Source of the DNA: an uncultured Planctomycetota bacterium | Lineage (GTDB): Bacteria; Planctomycetota; Planctomycetia; Isosphaerales; Isosphaeraceae | Direction of reading: 5' to 3' | Length of the DNA stretch: 64,000 nucleotides | Assembly (NCBI GenBank): GCA_963737655.1 | Contig: CAVTTN010000002.1 | Coordinates: 3,840,001-3,904,000 of the forward strand | Shown here: positions 29,844-40,800 of the stretch, piece by piece | How positions within the stretch are numbered: the stretch's first letter is position 1 | Layout of the letters: every line of letters starts with the position of its first letter | Notes under the pieces: generated by a model | Seen by the model: the letters and a program-made list of their open reading frames with translations, nothing else | Told to the model about the DNA's origin: nothing | The model's database searches: none | Translations under genes and position numbers: made by a program

Positions 29844-30116
29844 TCAGTCGATATGCTTCTGTAAGAAGGCGACCAGCTCGCCCAGGACCAGATCCCTCTC
29901 CTCGCGGCGGCCCAGCTCGGCCATCATCTCGCCGAACGGCAACGGCCGCCCGTAATGGGTCTGCAGGGCCTCGCCCAGAACCACGGCATCGATCGAGGCC
30001 AGCCCCAGGTCGGCGAAGAATCGCGTCTCCCGCGTGATGGGCGTGGAATCGTCGCGGCCGAGCGTTTCGCGGAGCACCAGGGCCACGTCATCGAGCACTT
30101 CGCGATCAGAACTCAT
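29844..30116 (-). CDS. Stand-alone acyl carrier protein
   Basis: 90 aa, acidic, FFADLGLASIDAV phosphopantetheinylation motif. Confidence 0.85.
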   Translation of the reverse strand: MSSDREVLDDVALVLRETLGRDDSTPITRETRFFADLGLASIDAVVLGEALQTHYGRPLPFGEMMAELGRREERDLVLGELVAFLQKHID

Positions 30117-33100
30117 CGAAATCGGCCTCCTGACCGAGTGTCCACGCCCAGGCGAACCCGTTGCGCAGCCCCGTCACGGCGGACCACGTCCGGTCCTGGG
30201 AATCCGAACGGAGCCGGATGAACACCCGGCCGTCGGGTCGCTCGGCGATGGCCTCCGCGCGATCGAAATCCACCCCGGATGCATTCGCGACGGCCCGCCT
30301 CGCCGAGATCCGCCGGGCCTCCGAGCCCCTCGCGATCCTGCTTCGCGACGGTCGCGATTCCGACCCCGGGGCGAATCGCCAAATCGGTCGTCGCGAGGGC
30401 GAGTGCGACCATCCCCCGGCCGGATTCCGGCTGGGAAACGGCGATGGCCAGAGTCGAAGGCCCGATGGGCCTCGATCGATCGAGGCTCTTCACGATTGGG
30501 TGGCCGTCCGGTCCGTCCTCGACCGACAGGTCGGCCGGGAACCGAGCCTGATCCTCCGAGGCCAGGCGACGAACGGCCTCCTTCCCGGCGATCCGGCCGA
30601 GGAGGAACACGTTGCGAGCTGGTTCGGGGAGGCGGGTGCCCTGCCGTTTTTCGTCGGGGGACAGTTGGATCTGTTCGAGGACGTCCCGCCAGACGGGCCG
30701 CGTCATGTCGGCCGGCGGTTCGAGCCAGACCGCCACGGCGTCCATCAAGGTTCGGCCGTCGGGACCGTGGAGCGTCAGAGGCTCGCCGAGGAGTTCGCGA
30801 TCGGGCCGACGAAAGACGTCGCGATAGCGGCCTGGCCAGTGGAACCGCCAGTCTTCCCAGTCGTCGATAGCCATCCACAAGCTGCCATCGGGCCGGACGA
30901 GCTGCGCATCGACCCGGACCCGTTGCCTTTCCAGCAGGCGGATATTGATCCGACACGCCACGTCCGATCCTGACGGCGGCGATTCGCCGAAGACCCTCCA
31001 CTCGCCCATCCGGAGCGGGAAGATCACGTCGCCTTCCTTCAATCGATCGAGGCCCCAGCATCCGAGCAGATGGGTGAAATTGTCGATGGCGATGGGGTCC
31101 GTGAGCAATCCGTCGGCCTCCGCCTCGTCGCGGAGGAGACCGCCCAGAGGAAGGATGCGAATCGTCCCCTCGACGGCCGAATCCGACATCACGCCCACTC
31201 GCACCAGGGCCTGCAGCGCAGGCCCGTGGAACAACCACCCTTCGCCGTAGAGGCTCGTCGCGGTAAATTTCGAGTCCTCCGGGCTCGGGACCCAGAAGGC
31301 CGGGGCGACCGGCGGTTCGGGCCGGGATGCATCGAAAACCGCCAGCCCCTCGACCACCGCCGTCTCGGCCGATTTCATGGCTTCCACGGGGCCGCGATTG
31401 AACATAGAAACGCGGATTTCGCCCGAGGAGACGGCCTCGGCGACGAGTTCCAGGACGATCGGTTCGTCCTCGTATCGGACCCATCGATTGGCGCGGACGT
31501 CCCGGAGGCCCGTGAGGACCAGTCCCGGCGCCAGCCGCGAGGCGGCCTCGGCGAGCATCTCGGCCATCACGCTGAATGGCAGGACCGGCAGCCCAAGCCG
31601 ATCGGGGTCGACGGCCGAGACCCGCCGCCCTCCCAGAGTATGATGGGCCGCCACCGGGTCGCCGTCGGCATCCAGGAGCAGGCGAGAAACGGCCCGACGG
31701 CCCGGCACAAATTCCAGGAGCTCGCCGGCCCACGGGCCGGCCCGGCGATCGCTGATCCCTTCGAACGCGCCCGAGGCGGGAGAAAGGTACGCCGCCATGA
31801 CCTCGCCCTGGGTGACGAGGAACTCGTCCATCGTGCGGAAATACTCGAGCATCGCCGGATCGGCAAGCGGTTCTCGATCAGGCCCGACCGGGAACGGGAG
31901 ATCGAAGCCCGATTCCCCGAGCGTTTCGAGGCCATCCAATCGGTCCGAGAGCGCCTCGGGGAACAGGGGACGGGCCGCTTCGGCGGCCCACGGATCGAGC
32001 CGGGCGGGACGATCTCGGAGCCATTGAACCATGGCTTCGGAGAGTTTCATCTCGGGGAACCCGATCGCCAACGGCGGGACCGGCCGGATCGAAGGCGGCG
32101 GGGCCTCGAGGTCGACGGTCGTGGGCCGTCTTCGCGCGAACAGGAACGTCGGGTCGATCGCGATCCCCTTCGCGAACAGCGACGCCACGAGATGATTGAG
32201 TTGCAACAAGCCCGAACGCCGGGGCAAATTCGCCGCCACGGCCAGCGAGGGGCGGCCCCGGAGCGTGTCCTCGACGAACCCGGCCAGGTTCCCTCGGGCC
32301 CCGACATCGATGAACACCCGAATTCCATCGGCATACATCGCCTCGATCGTCTCGCGGAACCGAACCGGCCGCGACCACTGCCCGGCCGCCAGGTCGCGGA
32401 CCGACCTGGGGTCGTCCGGCATCCGTTCGGCCGTGGCGCACGAGAAAATCGGGACGTGGGCGGCCGATCGGATCGTCTCCTCAAAAAACTCCCGGATTGG
32501 ACCGACGAGCGGGGCGAATTGCGGTGTGTGGTACGCCCGATCGAACGGCAGAAGCTCGCAAATCACGCCCTCCGAACGAAGCGATTCGACGAACCGCTCG
32601 GCGGACGGCGGCGGTACGGCCACGACGACCTGATGCGGGCAATTGTCCATCGCGACGACCGCGCCCGGACATTCACCCAGCCGAGCCTCGATCCGCTCCC
32701 GACCCGCGGCGACCGCGACGAGACTCGCCTCGGGGATCTCGCCCGACGCTTCGAGGCGGTCGAACAGGGCGGCCAGCCCGGCGAACCCATCCTCCAGGGC
32801 TCGATCGACGCGGATCGCCCCCGAGGCCGCCAGCGCGAGGAATTCTCCGCTGCTGTGACCGGCCAGGGCGTCGGGCGACAAGCCCAATCGGATCAGGATT
32901 TGATACAAAGCCCATTGCGAAGAGAGGACGCTGTTGGTCGCCTGGCCGACCGACCAGAGATCGGCGCCCGAGGCATCTCCAAACAAAACATCGCTCGGCC
33001 GGATCGGTGGATCCGCCATCGCGCCGATGCGGTCGGCGGTATCGAAGAGTGCGCGGACCTCGGGGAAGTGCGGGCAGAGATCCGCCAGCATCCCGGGATA

Positions 33101-34852
33101 CTGCGAGCCCTCGCCCGGAAACAGGAACGCGAGTCGTCCGGCCTCGGGATCGTCCCAGAAATAGGCCCCGCGCGCATCGCGGATCGACCGGCATTTCGGG
33201 TCTTCGAGCCTCGGCAGGACCGATTGAAGACGCTCCGAGAGGTCGGCCAGCGACGAGACGACCAGCCCGAGCCGGCATCGGCCTTCGCGACGTTCCGAGG
33301 CGATCGAGAACGCGACGTCCTTGAGGCTCTCGGATCGATCGCCGGAGAGCCATCCGAGCAACGATCGGATTCGAGCCGCGAGCCCGACGCGATCCTCGGC
33401 CGAAAGCAAGATCGCCTCGGAATCCCATCGGGGGAGGCATCCCGGCCCCAGACGATCCGCCGAGGGGTGCTCTTCCAGGATGGCATGCGCACTGATCCCG
33501 CCGAACCCGAAGGCGTTCACGGCCGCGCGTCGAGGCGACGAATCGCCGACGATCCACGGCCGAAACTTCGGGTTCAAGGCGGCCGGGGCCCGGTCGTCAC
33601 GCAGCAATCGGTGGGGCGTCTTTGCGTCGTCACCCGGCGGGATCGCTCGATGAAATAGGCAAAGGCATGCCTTGATGAGACCGGCCATCCCGGCAGCGGG
33701 CATCGCGTGGCCGATCTGGGCGGAAACGGCCCCCAGGACTCGCGATCCGGAGGGCGGAAACACGGCCCTCAGGGCACGAAGTTCGGCGAGGTCGGACGCG
33801 GGCACTCCCAGGCCGTGCCCTTCGATCAATCCGACGCTGGCCGGATCCACTCCGGATCGGCGATAGGCCCGCCTCATCGCGCTCGCGTGCCCCTTCGCCC
33901 CCGGGGCCGTCAGGCCGACGGATCGGCCGTCGCTGGCGAGGCCGACGCCTCGGAGGATCGCATAAACGCGGTCGCCGTCGCGGTCGGCCTCGGAGAGCCT
34001 CTTGAGGACCATCACCCCCACGCCTTCGCCCGGGACGGTCCCGTCGGCGTCGGCCGAGAACGGCCGGGGCTGCCCGCTCCGGGAGAGGGCCCCGAGTCGG
34101 CTGAAGACCATCGGAAAATCGACGTCGGACGCGAGGTAAACGCCGCCGACGATCGCCAGGTCGGCCCGTCCCTCGGCCAGAGATCGGCAGGCCAGGTCGA
34201 GCGCCACGAGCGAGGACGCGCTCGCGGCATCGACGACGAAGCTCGCCCCTCGAAGGTCCAGCCGGTTCGCCGCCAGCCCGGCCGTCGCGTTCGAGAGCTG
34301 GCCGGGGATCGTCGCGGCCTCGAACGGCGGGAGGCTGGATTTCAGGTCCGCACGGATCGCCTCGAACTCGGCCTCCGACCAATCGGGATGGAGGCTTCGG
34401 AGGATCGCCACGGTCTGCGCCGCGATCCTGCCGTGCTGGAGCCTCGTCAGGTTCCCGCGATTGAAGTAATTCCCTCGACCGATCACGACCTCAACGCGTC
34501 GGCCGTCGGGCACTCCGTCCGGGAAACCGGCGTCGCGGAGAGCGTCCTTCGCGGCCGAGAGCACGAGGAATTGCTCGGGTTCCCCTCCCGCGACCGTCAC
34601 GGGCATGATCCCGTGGGCCGCCGGGTCGAAGGGGATCGGGCCTTGCAGATAGCCTCCCCTTCGGGAGGCCACCCGGTCGTTGTCGCGAGACTCGGGATCG
34701 TGGAAGACGTCCGCGTCCCAGCGATCGGGAGGGACGTCTCCCAGGGCCGATCTTCCGGCCAGGATGTTCTCCCAGAACGTGAACAGATCGGGAGCGCCCG
34801 GGAACCGGCAGCCGATCCCGACGATCGCCACGTCTCGCGATCGGCGGCTCAT
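30106..34852 (-). CDS. Pfa-like synthase subunit 2: KS(Cys->Ser)-AT-DH-degenerate PPTase (probable frameshift at 30326-30329)
   Basis: VAIVGIGCRFPGA, DAASASSL, EGHGLG, QIGH; AT FPGEGSQ/GHSSGE/RAYH; DH HHTLGG...PVLP, LFHGPALQ; PPTase-like LLGRIAGKEAVR. Confidence 0.9.
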
Positions 34853-37800
34853 CGCGGGACCTCTTCCAGATTCCGCGTCTCTCGGCGTCCCGGCGGCTTC
34901 TCCAGGTCGCCGAGGTCTCCCGCCAGGATCACCTCGACCTCTCCCTTTCGGCCGAAGAGCAGCTCGTCGATCAGGCGGGACGGGCCGATCTCCGGCGGGA
35001 TCATCCCGAGGCCCTGGCGGCCGAGATGGCCTTCGAGGTCCGAGACCATCCCCACGCCGGACCACGGCCCCCAGATCGCCGAGACGACCCGGCCGGGCCA
35101 TCGGCGATCGAGCCAGATCGCCAGCTTATTCAGCGCCTCGTTGGCCGCCGCATAGTCCGACTGGCCGCGATTGCCGAAGCGTCCGGCGATCGACGAGAAG
35201 AAGGCCGCAAATCGCGGGGAATCCGGGCCAATGAGCCTCGCCAGGTTCACCGCCCCCTCGACCTTCGTCCCCAGGACACGGTCGAACGAGTCCAGCGTCT
35301 TGTCTCGCAAGAGCTTGTCGTGGATCACTCCCGCGCCGTGGATCAAGCCGGCAATCGGGCCGAATCGCGATCGCCAGGACTCGATGATCCCGCTCAAGGC
35401 CGACGCATCTCGGACGTCGGCCCGGACGTACTCGACGACTTGCCCTTCTTCGCGGATATGGCGGAGGTTCTCCCGGATTTCTCGGGAACGGAGGAGGTCG
35501 CGATACGAGGCTTCGAGGTCGCTCGGCGCGAGCGAACGACCGTCTCGCCGAGCGATCTGAAGGAGTGCCGATTTGAGCGCCGACGGATCGGTCAGGCTCG
35601 CGGTCTCGGGCCGTTCCGCGGCGCCGGGCAACGGGGACGTGCCGAGCAAGAGGAGGGTCGGCCGCCATCTCCGGGCGAGTTCTCGGGCCACGAGGCCGGT
35701 GATCCCTCGGGCACCCCCCGAGATCACGATCGGCTCTCCCGGGCGAATGTCGAACGCGGGCGATCTTTGGGAATCGAGCGGGGAGTTCCGCGAGGTCAAG
35801 TGGACTCGCGAGTCGCCTCGATAGCCCACTTCGGCCCTGGGGTCATCGGCCAGGAGCTCGGCGAGGAGACGGTCGGCGAGCCGATCGGGCGACTCGGACG
35901 GTCCCAGGTCCACGACCCGGGCGCGGACCTCGGGCCACTCCCGGGCCAGCGTCTTGACGAGCCCGGCGATGGCCCCCTGGCTCGGCGAGAATGCGGACGC
36001 CCGGCCGTCACTGGCAAAGGCGCCGCCGAGCCCGGTCGCGGCGATCAGGGCCGATCCCCCGGCCTTCGCCGATCGTCCCAGGTCGTCGGCCGCCGCATGA
36101 GCCAGCCGAAAGAGGCCGCGGACCTCCGGCCCCAGGCGAGATGACCAGGACTGGCGATCCAGGCCCTCGGGCGGCAGGATGCGAAGGGGCAACGCATGAA
36201 CAATCGCCGCGATCGGGCCTCGCGAGCGGATCTCGGCCATCCTCTCGGAGAAGGCCGAGGTCGGGGCTTCCAGCTCGGTTTCGCCGACGATTTCGACCGG
36301 ATGGCCCATCGCCTCGACCCGTTCGGCGATCCGTCTCGCGATCCCCCGGCCATCGTCCGAGACGATCACCACCCCGCACGGGGCGAGCGTCGCGCGATCG
36401 GCCGGGATCGGCGACGGAACGACGTGCAGCGTCAGCCGACGGACCGCCTGGACGGCCCTCGGAGCCGGACTTGGCGGGAAAACCGTCGTCGCCGGCGCCG
36501 GTCGAGCGCCGACCAGCGACTCCACCCGGTCCACGATCGCGCCGAGGGTCCGGGAGCGCGTCAACTCGTCCATCGCGGTGGAGTCGGCGCCAAGGTTCAG
36601 GCCGGGAAAGGCGTCCCGGAGCGAGCCGAGCACTTCAACCCTCTTGATCGAATCGATTCCCAGGTCCGCTTCGAGATCCAGGTCGAGCTTGAGCATCTCG
36701 GCGGGATACCCGGTCCTCTCCTGGACGATCGCCACCAGCTTCGAGGCGATGGTGCTTCGGTCCAGGGCCGACGGAGCAGCCGCCGCCCTGGCTTCGACGG
36801 CCCGAGGGGCGGGAATCACGATCGGAGCGGGCGTTTCCTGGCGACCTTCCATCGATCCGTTCGAAGGAGGCGACTTCGCGGGCGGCGAGGCCGGGATCGC
36901 GTCGCCCTTCTTCGCCAGGTAGCCGAGCATCGTCGCCTGCTGAACCTCCAGGAACTTTCTCATGGTTTCCTGGAAGGCGAGGACCACGCGATCGGAGGCT
37001 GGCGCCGGAGAGTTCTCCAGCACCTCCTTCGGAGCGACGTGGCCGTTCGTGTGATGGCCGTTCATCCGGCCGTTGCCGTTGCGATGGGGATCGGGCGAGG
37101 GGTCGAAGAGCGGTTTCGTCGAATGCCCATTGGTCTGGGGAAGGGGCAACGCCGGGCCCATTTCGAGGCGTCTCGGCTCCGGTTCACCGATCGGCCGGGC
37201 CCTCGTGCCGTTGACCAGCCACGTCGAGGCCGAGAGCACCGGGCCTTCGGTCGTCGGCAGGTCGGTCAGATCGAGGATTCGGACCGAGCGGTCGGCGAAA
37301 ATCCGGGAGAGGTCCATCGACACTCCGCTCGCGAACATACGGCCCAGGGCATGCAGGAGCGAGACGATCCCGGGACGTCCCGGCGAGTCGCAGCCCACCG
37401 CCAGATGAGGACGATCGCCCAGGATCGAGCCGACCAGGCCGGGGAGGATGCCGCCGGGACCGACCTCGACGAAGACCCGTGCGCCGTCGCTGTGCATCGC
37501 CTCGATCATCTCGGCGAATCGGACGGGCCGGCAGGCGTGCTCGCCCATCCTCCGGGCGATTTCCGAAGCGTCGGACGGGTGGGGGCGGGCATCCAGATTG
37601 GAGTAGACCGGCCGATCGGGCGAGCGAGCGATCCGGGTCGAGAGCAGCTCGGCCAGGGGCCCTCGGGCGCCGGCGACCCTTTTCGTGTGGAAGGCGCACC
37701 CCACGGGCAGTAATCGAGCCCGCAGGCCATCGGCTTCGGCCCTCGCCACGGCGCCGGCGATCGCGTCCCGCCCACCGGCCAGGACCGTCTGTCTCGGGCC

Positions 37801-40800
37801 GTTGAAGTTCACCGCCTCGACGTCCGGCATCCCGGCGAGAAGATCGGCGATTCGAGCGGGTGAGGCGAGGATGGCGGCCATCGCGCCGCGATCCTCGCCG
37901 GCCGAATCGAGGAGGAAGCGGCCCCGGGCCTCGGAAACCTCGGCGAGCGCCTCCGTCGAGATCGCCCCGGCGGCGAACAGGGCGACGAACTCGCCGTAGC
38001 TATGCCCCGCCACCACGTCGGGTCTCAATCCGAGGTGTTCCAGCAGGTGGAGGACGCCGACGCTCGCCGCGCCCACGGCCGGCTGGGCCGCGTCCGGACG
38101 GATCAACGCATTGCGGGCCGTTTCCCGATCCCGATCGGAGAAGGCACGGGGCGGGAACACAATAGGCCCGACCGCCGATCGTCCCCGGGCGATCAGGGCC
38201 GAATCGAATGCCTCGAACGACTCGCGGACCTCGGCGAACGCAATGGCGAGGTCCGTGAGCATCCCGGGCGACTGGGCCCCCTGCCCCGGGAAGAGGAACG
38301 CGATCCGTCCTTCCGGGAACGCCGGCGAGGCGCCAAACCATGTCCCACGAGGGTCGGCGATCTCGGCTTTCCCGCCTCGAATCGCCAGGATCGCCGCGTC
38401 CAGCTTCTCCCGAAGGTCATCCAGGCCGTCGGCGACGATCGCCAGCGAGGCGCCTTCGGCCGTGACCTTCCCGACTCGTTCCGCCAGCGAGTGGGCCAGG
38501 TCTCGGGGTCGGGGTTTCCTGCCCGATCGGAGCGCCGTCGAGAGGGAATCCAGTTCTCTCGCGAGCGATTCCCGATCCGGGCTCCTCCAGACGAACAGCT
38601 CGGCGGGCCAGTCGCGAGACGGGGCCATCGGCGGTTCGGGATCGCGGTCGTAGGACTCCAACACCGCGTGAAAATTCGTCCCGCCGAACCCGAACGCGGA
38701 AACCCCGGCCCGCCTCGGGCGAGTCGCGTCCGAATGCAGCCAGGGGCGGATCTCGGCGTTCACATGCACCGGCCCGTTCCCCAGATCGGCCTTCGGATTG
38801 GGGGTCTCGACGCCGATCGTCGGCGGCAAGACGCGATGATGGAGCGCCAGGGCCGCGTTGATCAGGCCCGCCATCCCGGCGGCGCACTTGGCGTGGCCGA
38901 TCGAGGACTTCACCGACCCCACGGCGCACGATCCGGCCGAGGCGCCGGCCTCACGGAGCACTTCCGAGAGCGCGGACACCTCCACCACGTCGCCCACCGC
39001 CGTGCCGGTCCCGTGGCACTCCACATATCCAAGGGTTTTTGGATCAATGCCCGATTTCCGATACGCCCGTTGCAGGGCCCGGATCTGCCCTTCGGGACGA
39101 GGCGCGGTCAGCCCTCGGGCCCGGCCGTCGCTGGACGAGCCGATCCCCTTGATCACGGCATAGATCCGGTCGCCGTCCCTCTCGGCGTCGGCCAGCCTCT
39201 TCAGGACGATCGCCGAGACCCCCTCGCTGATCACGATCCCGTCGGCGGAGGCGTCGAACGGCCGGCAGCGCCCCCGGGGCGAAAACGCCTGCGTCTTGCT
39301 GAAGGCGAGATAGGTGAGCGGATTTTGAACCGTGTCGGCCCCGCCCAGGATGACCATGTCCGAAGCGCCGCTCTCCAGCTCTCGGACCGCCAGGTAAGCC
39401 GCCGCCAGGGATGACCCGCACGCCGCATCCACCGTGAAGTTCGAGCCCCCGAGGTCGAATCGATTCGCGACTCGGCCGGCGGCCACGTTCAGCAGGAAGC
39501 CGGGGAACGAATCCTCGGTCCATTCCGGGAGCAGATCCTCGCACTTCTCCATCATCGCCCGGCCGCCGCCCGGCTCGACGGTGTCGAGCATCGGCAAGTA
39601 GGAGCGGAAGGCATAGCCCATCGCCACTTGCGCGGCCCCTCCGCCGATCCCGAGGACGACCGAGGTTCGCTCGCGAGGAAAAGGGCGGTCGGAATACCCC
39701 GCATCGTCCAGGGCGGCGCGAACGGCTTCGAGGGTCAGCAACTGAACCGGCTCGATCGAGGGCAAGCTGGTGGGAGGCATTCCGTACCGCAGCGGATCGA
39801 ACGGGACATCGGGAACGAACCCGCCCCACTTCGAGACGATCTTGTCGGGAGCTTTGGGGTCGGCATCGTAATAGAGCCGCCAATCCCACCGATCGGGCGG
39901 GATTTCGACGATCGCATCCACGCCCTTGAGCGTGTTTTCCCAGAACGTCCGGGCATCTCCAGCCCCGGGAAAGATGGCCGAGAGGCCGACGATCGCCACG
40001 TCGGAAGGCTGCGGCCCGGGCGTCGCGACCTCGGCGCGATCGTATGTCGCCTCAACGGCCCAATTGCACACGTCGCGGTGCAGGGCGTCGATCGTGGTGA
40101 CGGCCGATCGCAGGGCGGCCGCCTGGCCGACCATGTACAGGCCGTCCTGACGCTGCTGCTGATCGGAAACGGCCACCAATGGCGATCCCTCGCCGTCTCC
40201 GCGAGCCAGCCCCTTGGAGGCGATCCGCAACCGCCCGGCGTTCAAGCGTTCCAGTTCCTCGCGGATCGCCTCGGCCGGTTTTCCCGAGGCGAGGAGACGG
40301 GCGCGTTGCTCCTCGAACCGATCGACGAACGGCGAGGCGTGAATCCGGACCTCGTGCCCCGGGCCGGTTTCGAGCAGGACCGTTTGCCGGCAAGCGATCG
40401 CCTCCGCCTGGAACCGGGCCACGATGGCGCCGGTGTCCACCGCCTCTCGGGTGAACAGATAAGCCGTCCCCATCAGGACGCCGACCTTCGCCCCGCGATC
40501 GGCCAGGGACGCCGCGATGGCCGAGACCGCCGAGGCCGATCGGCTGTCGTGAATCCCCCCGGCGAACAGGGCGTGGACCTCGGACGCGGGAACCCCGCCC
40601 TCGATCGCCGCATCCAGGACCTCCACGGCCTGCTCCCACAGGACCAGGCTGGACCTCGGCCCCACGTGCCCGCCGCACTCCCTTCCCTCGAACACGAACC
40701 GACGGACCCCGTCCTTCAAATATTGGGCGAGCAGACCCGGGGAAGGGGCATGGAGATAGGTGGCGATCCCGTCGCGTTCCAGCTCGCGGGCCTGGTCGGG

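Noticed and set aside
30113..30330. ORF-track C-terminus of PKS subunit 2 (GGPADLGEAGRR...GGRFR)
   Set aside because: R/G-rich with poor codon pattern; the +1 frame ending at 30106 looks like the true tail, although the ATGA overlap at 30113 leaves some doubt.
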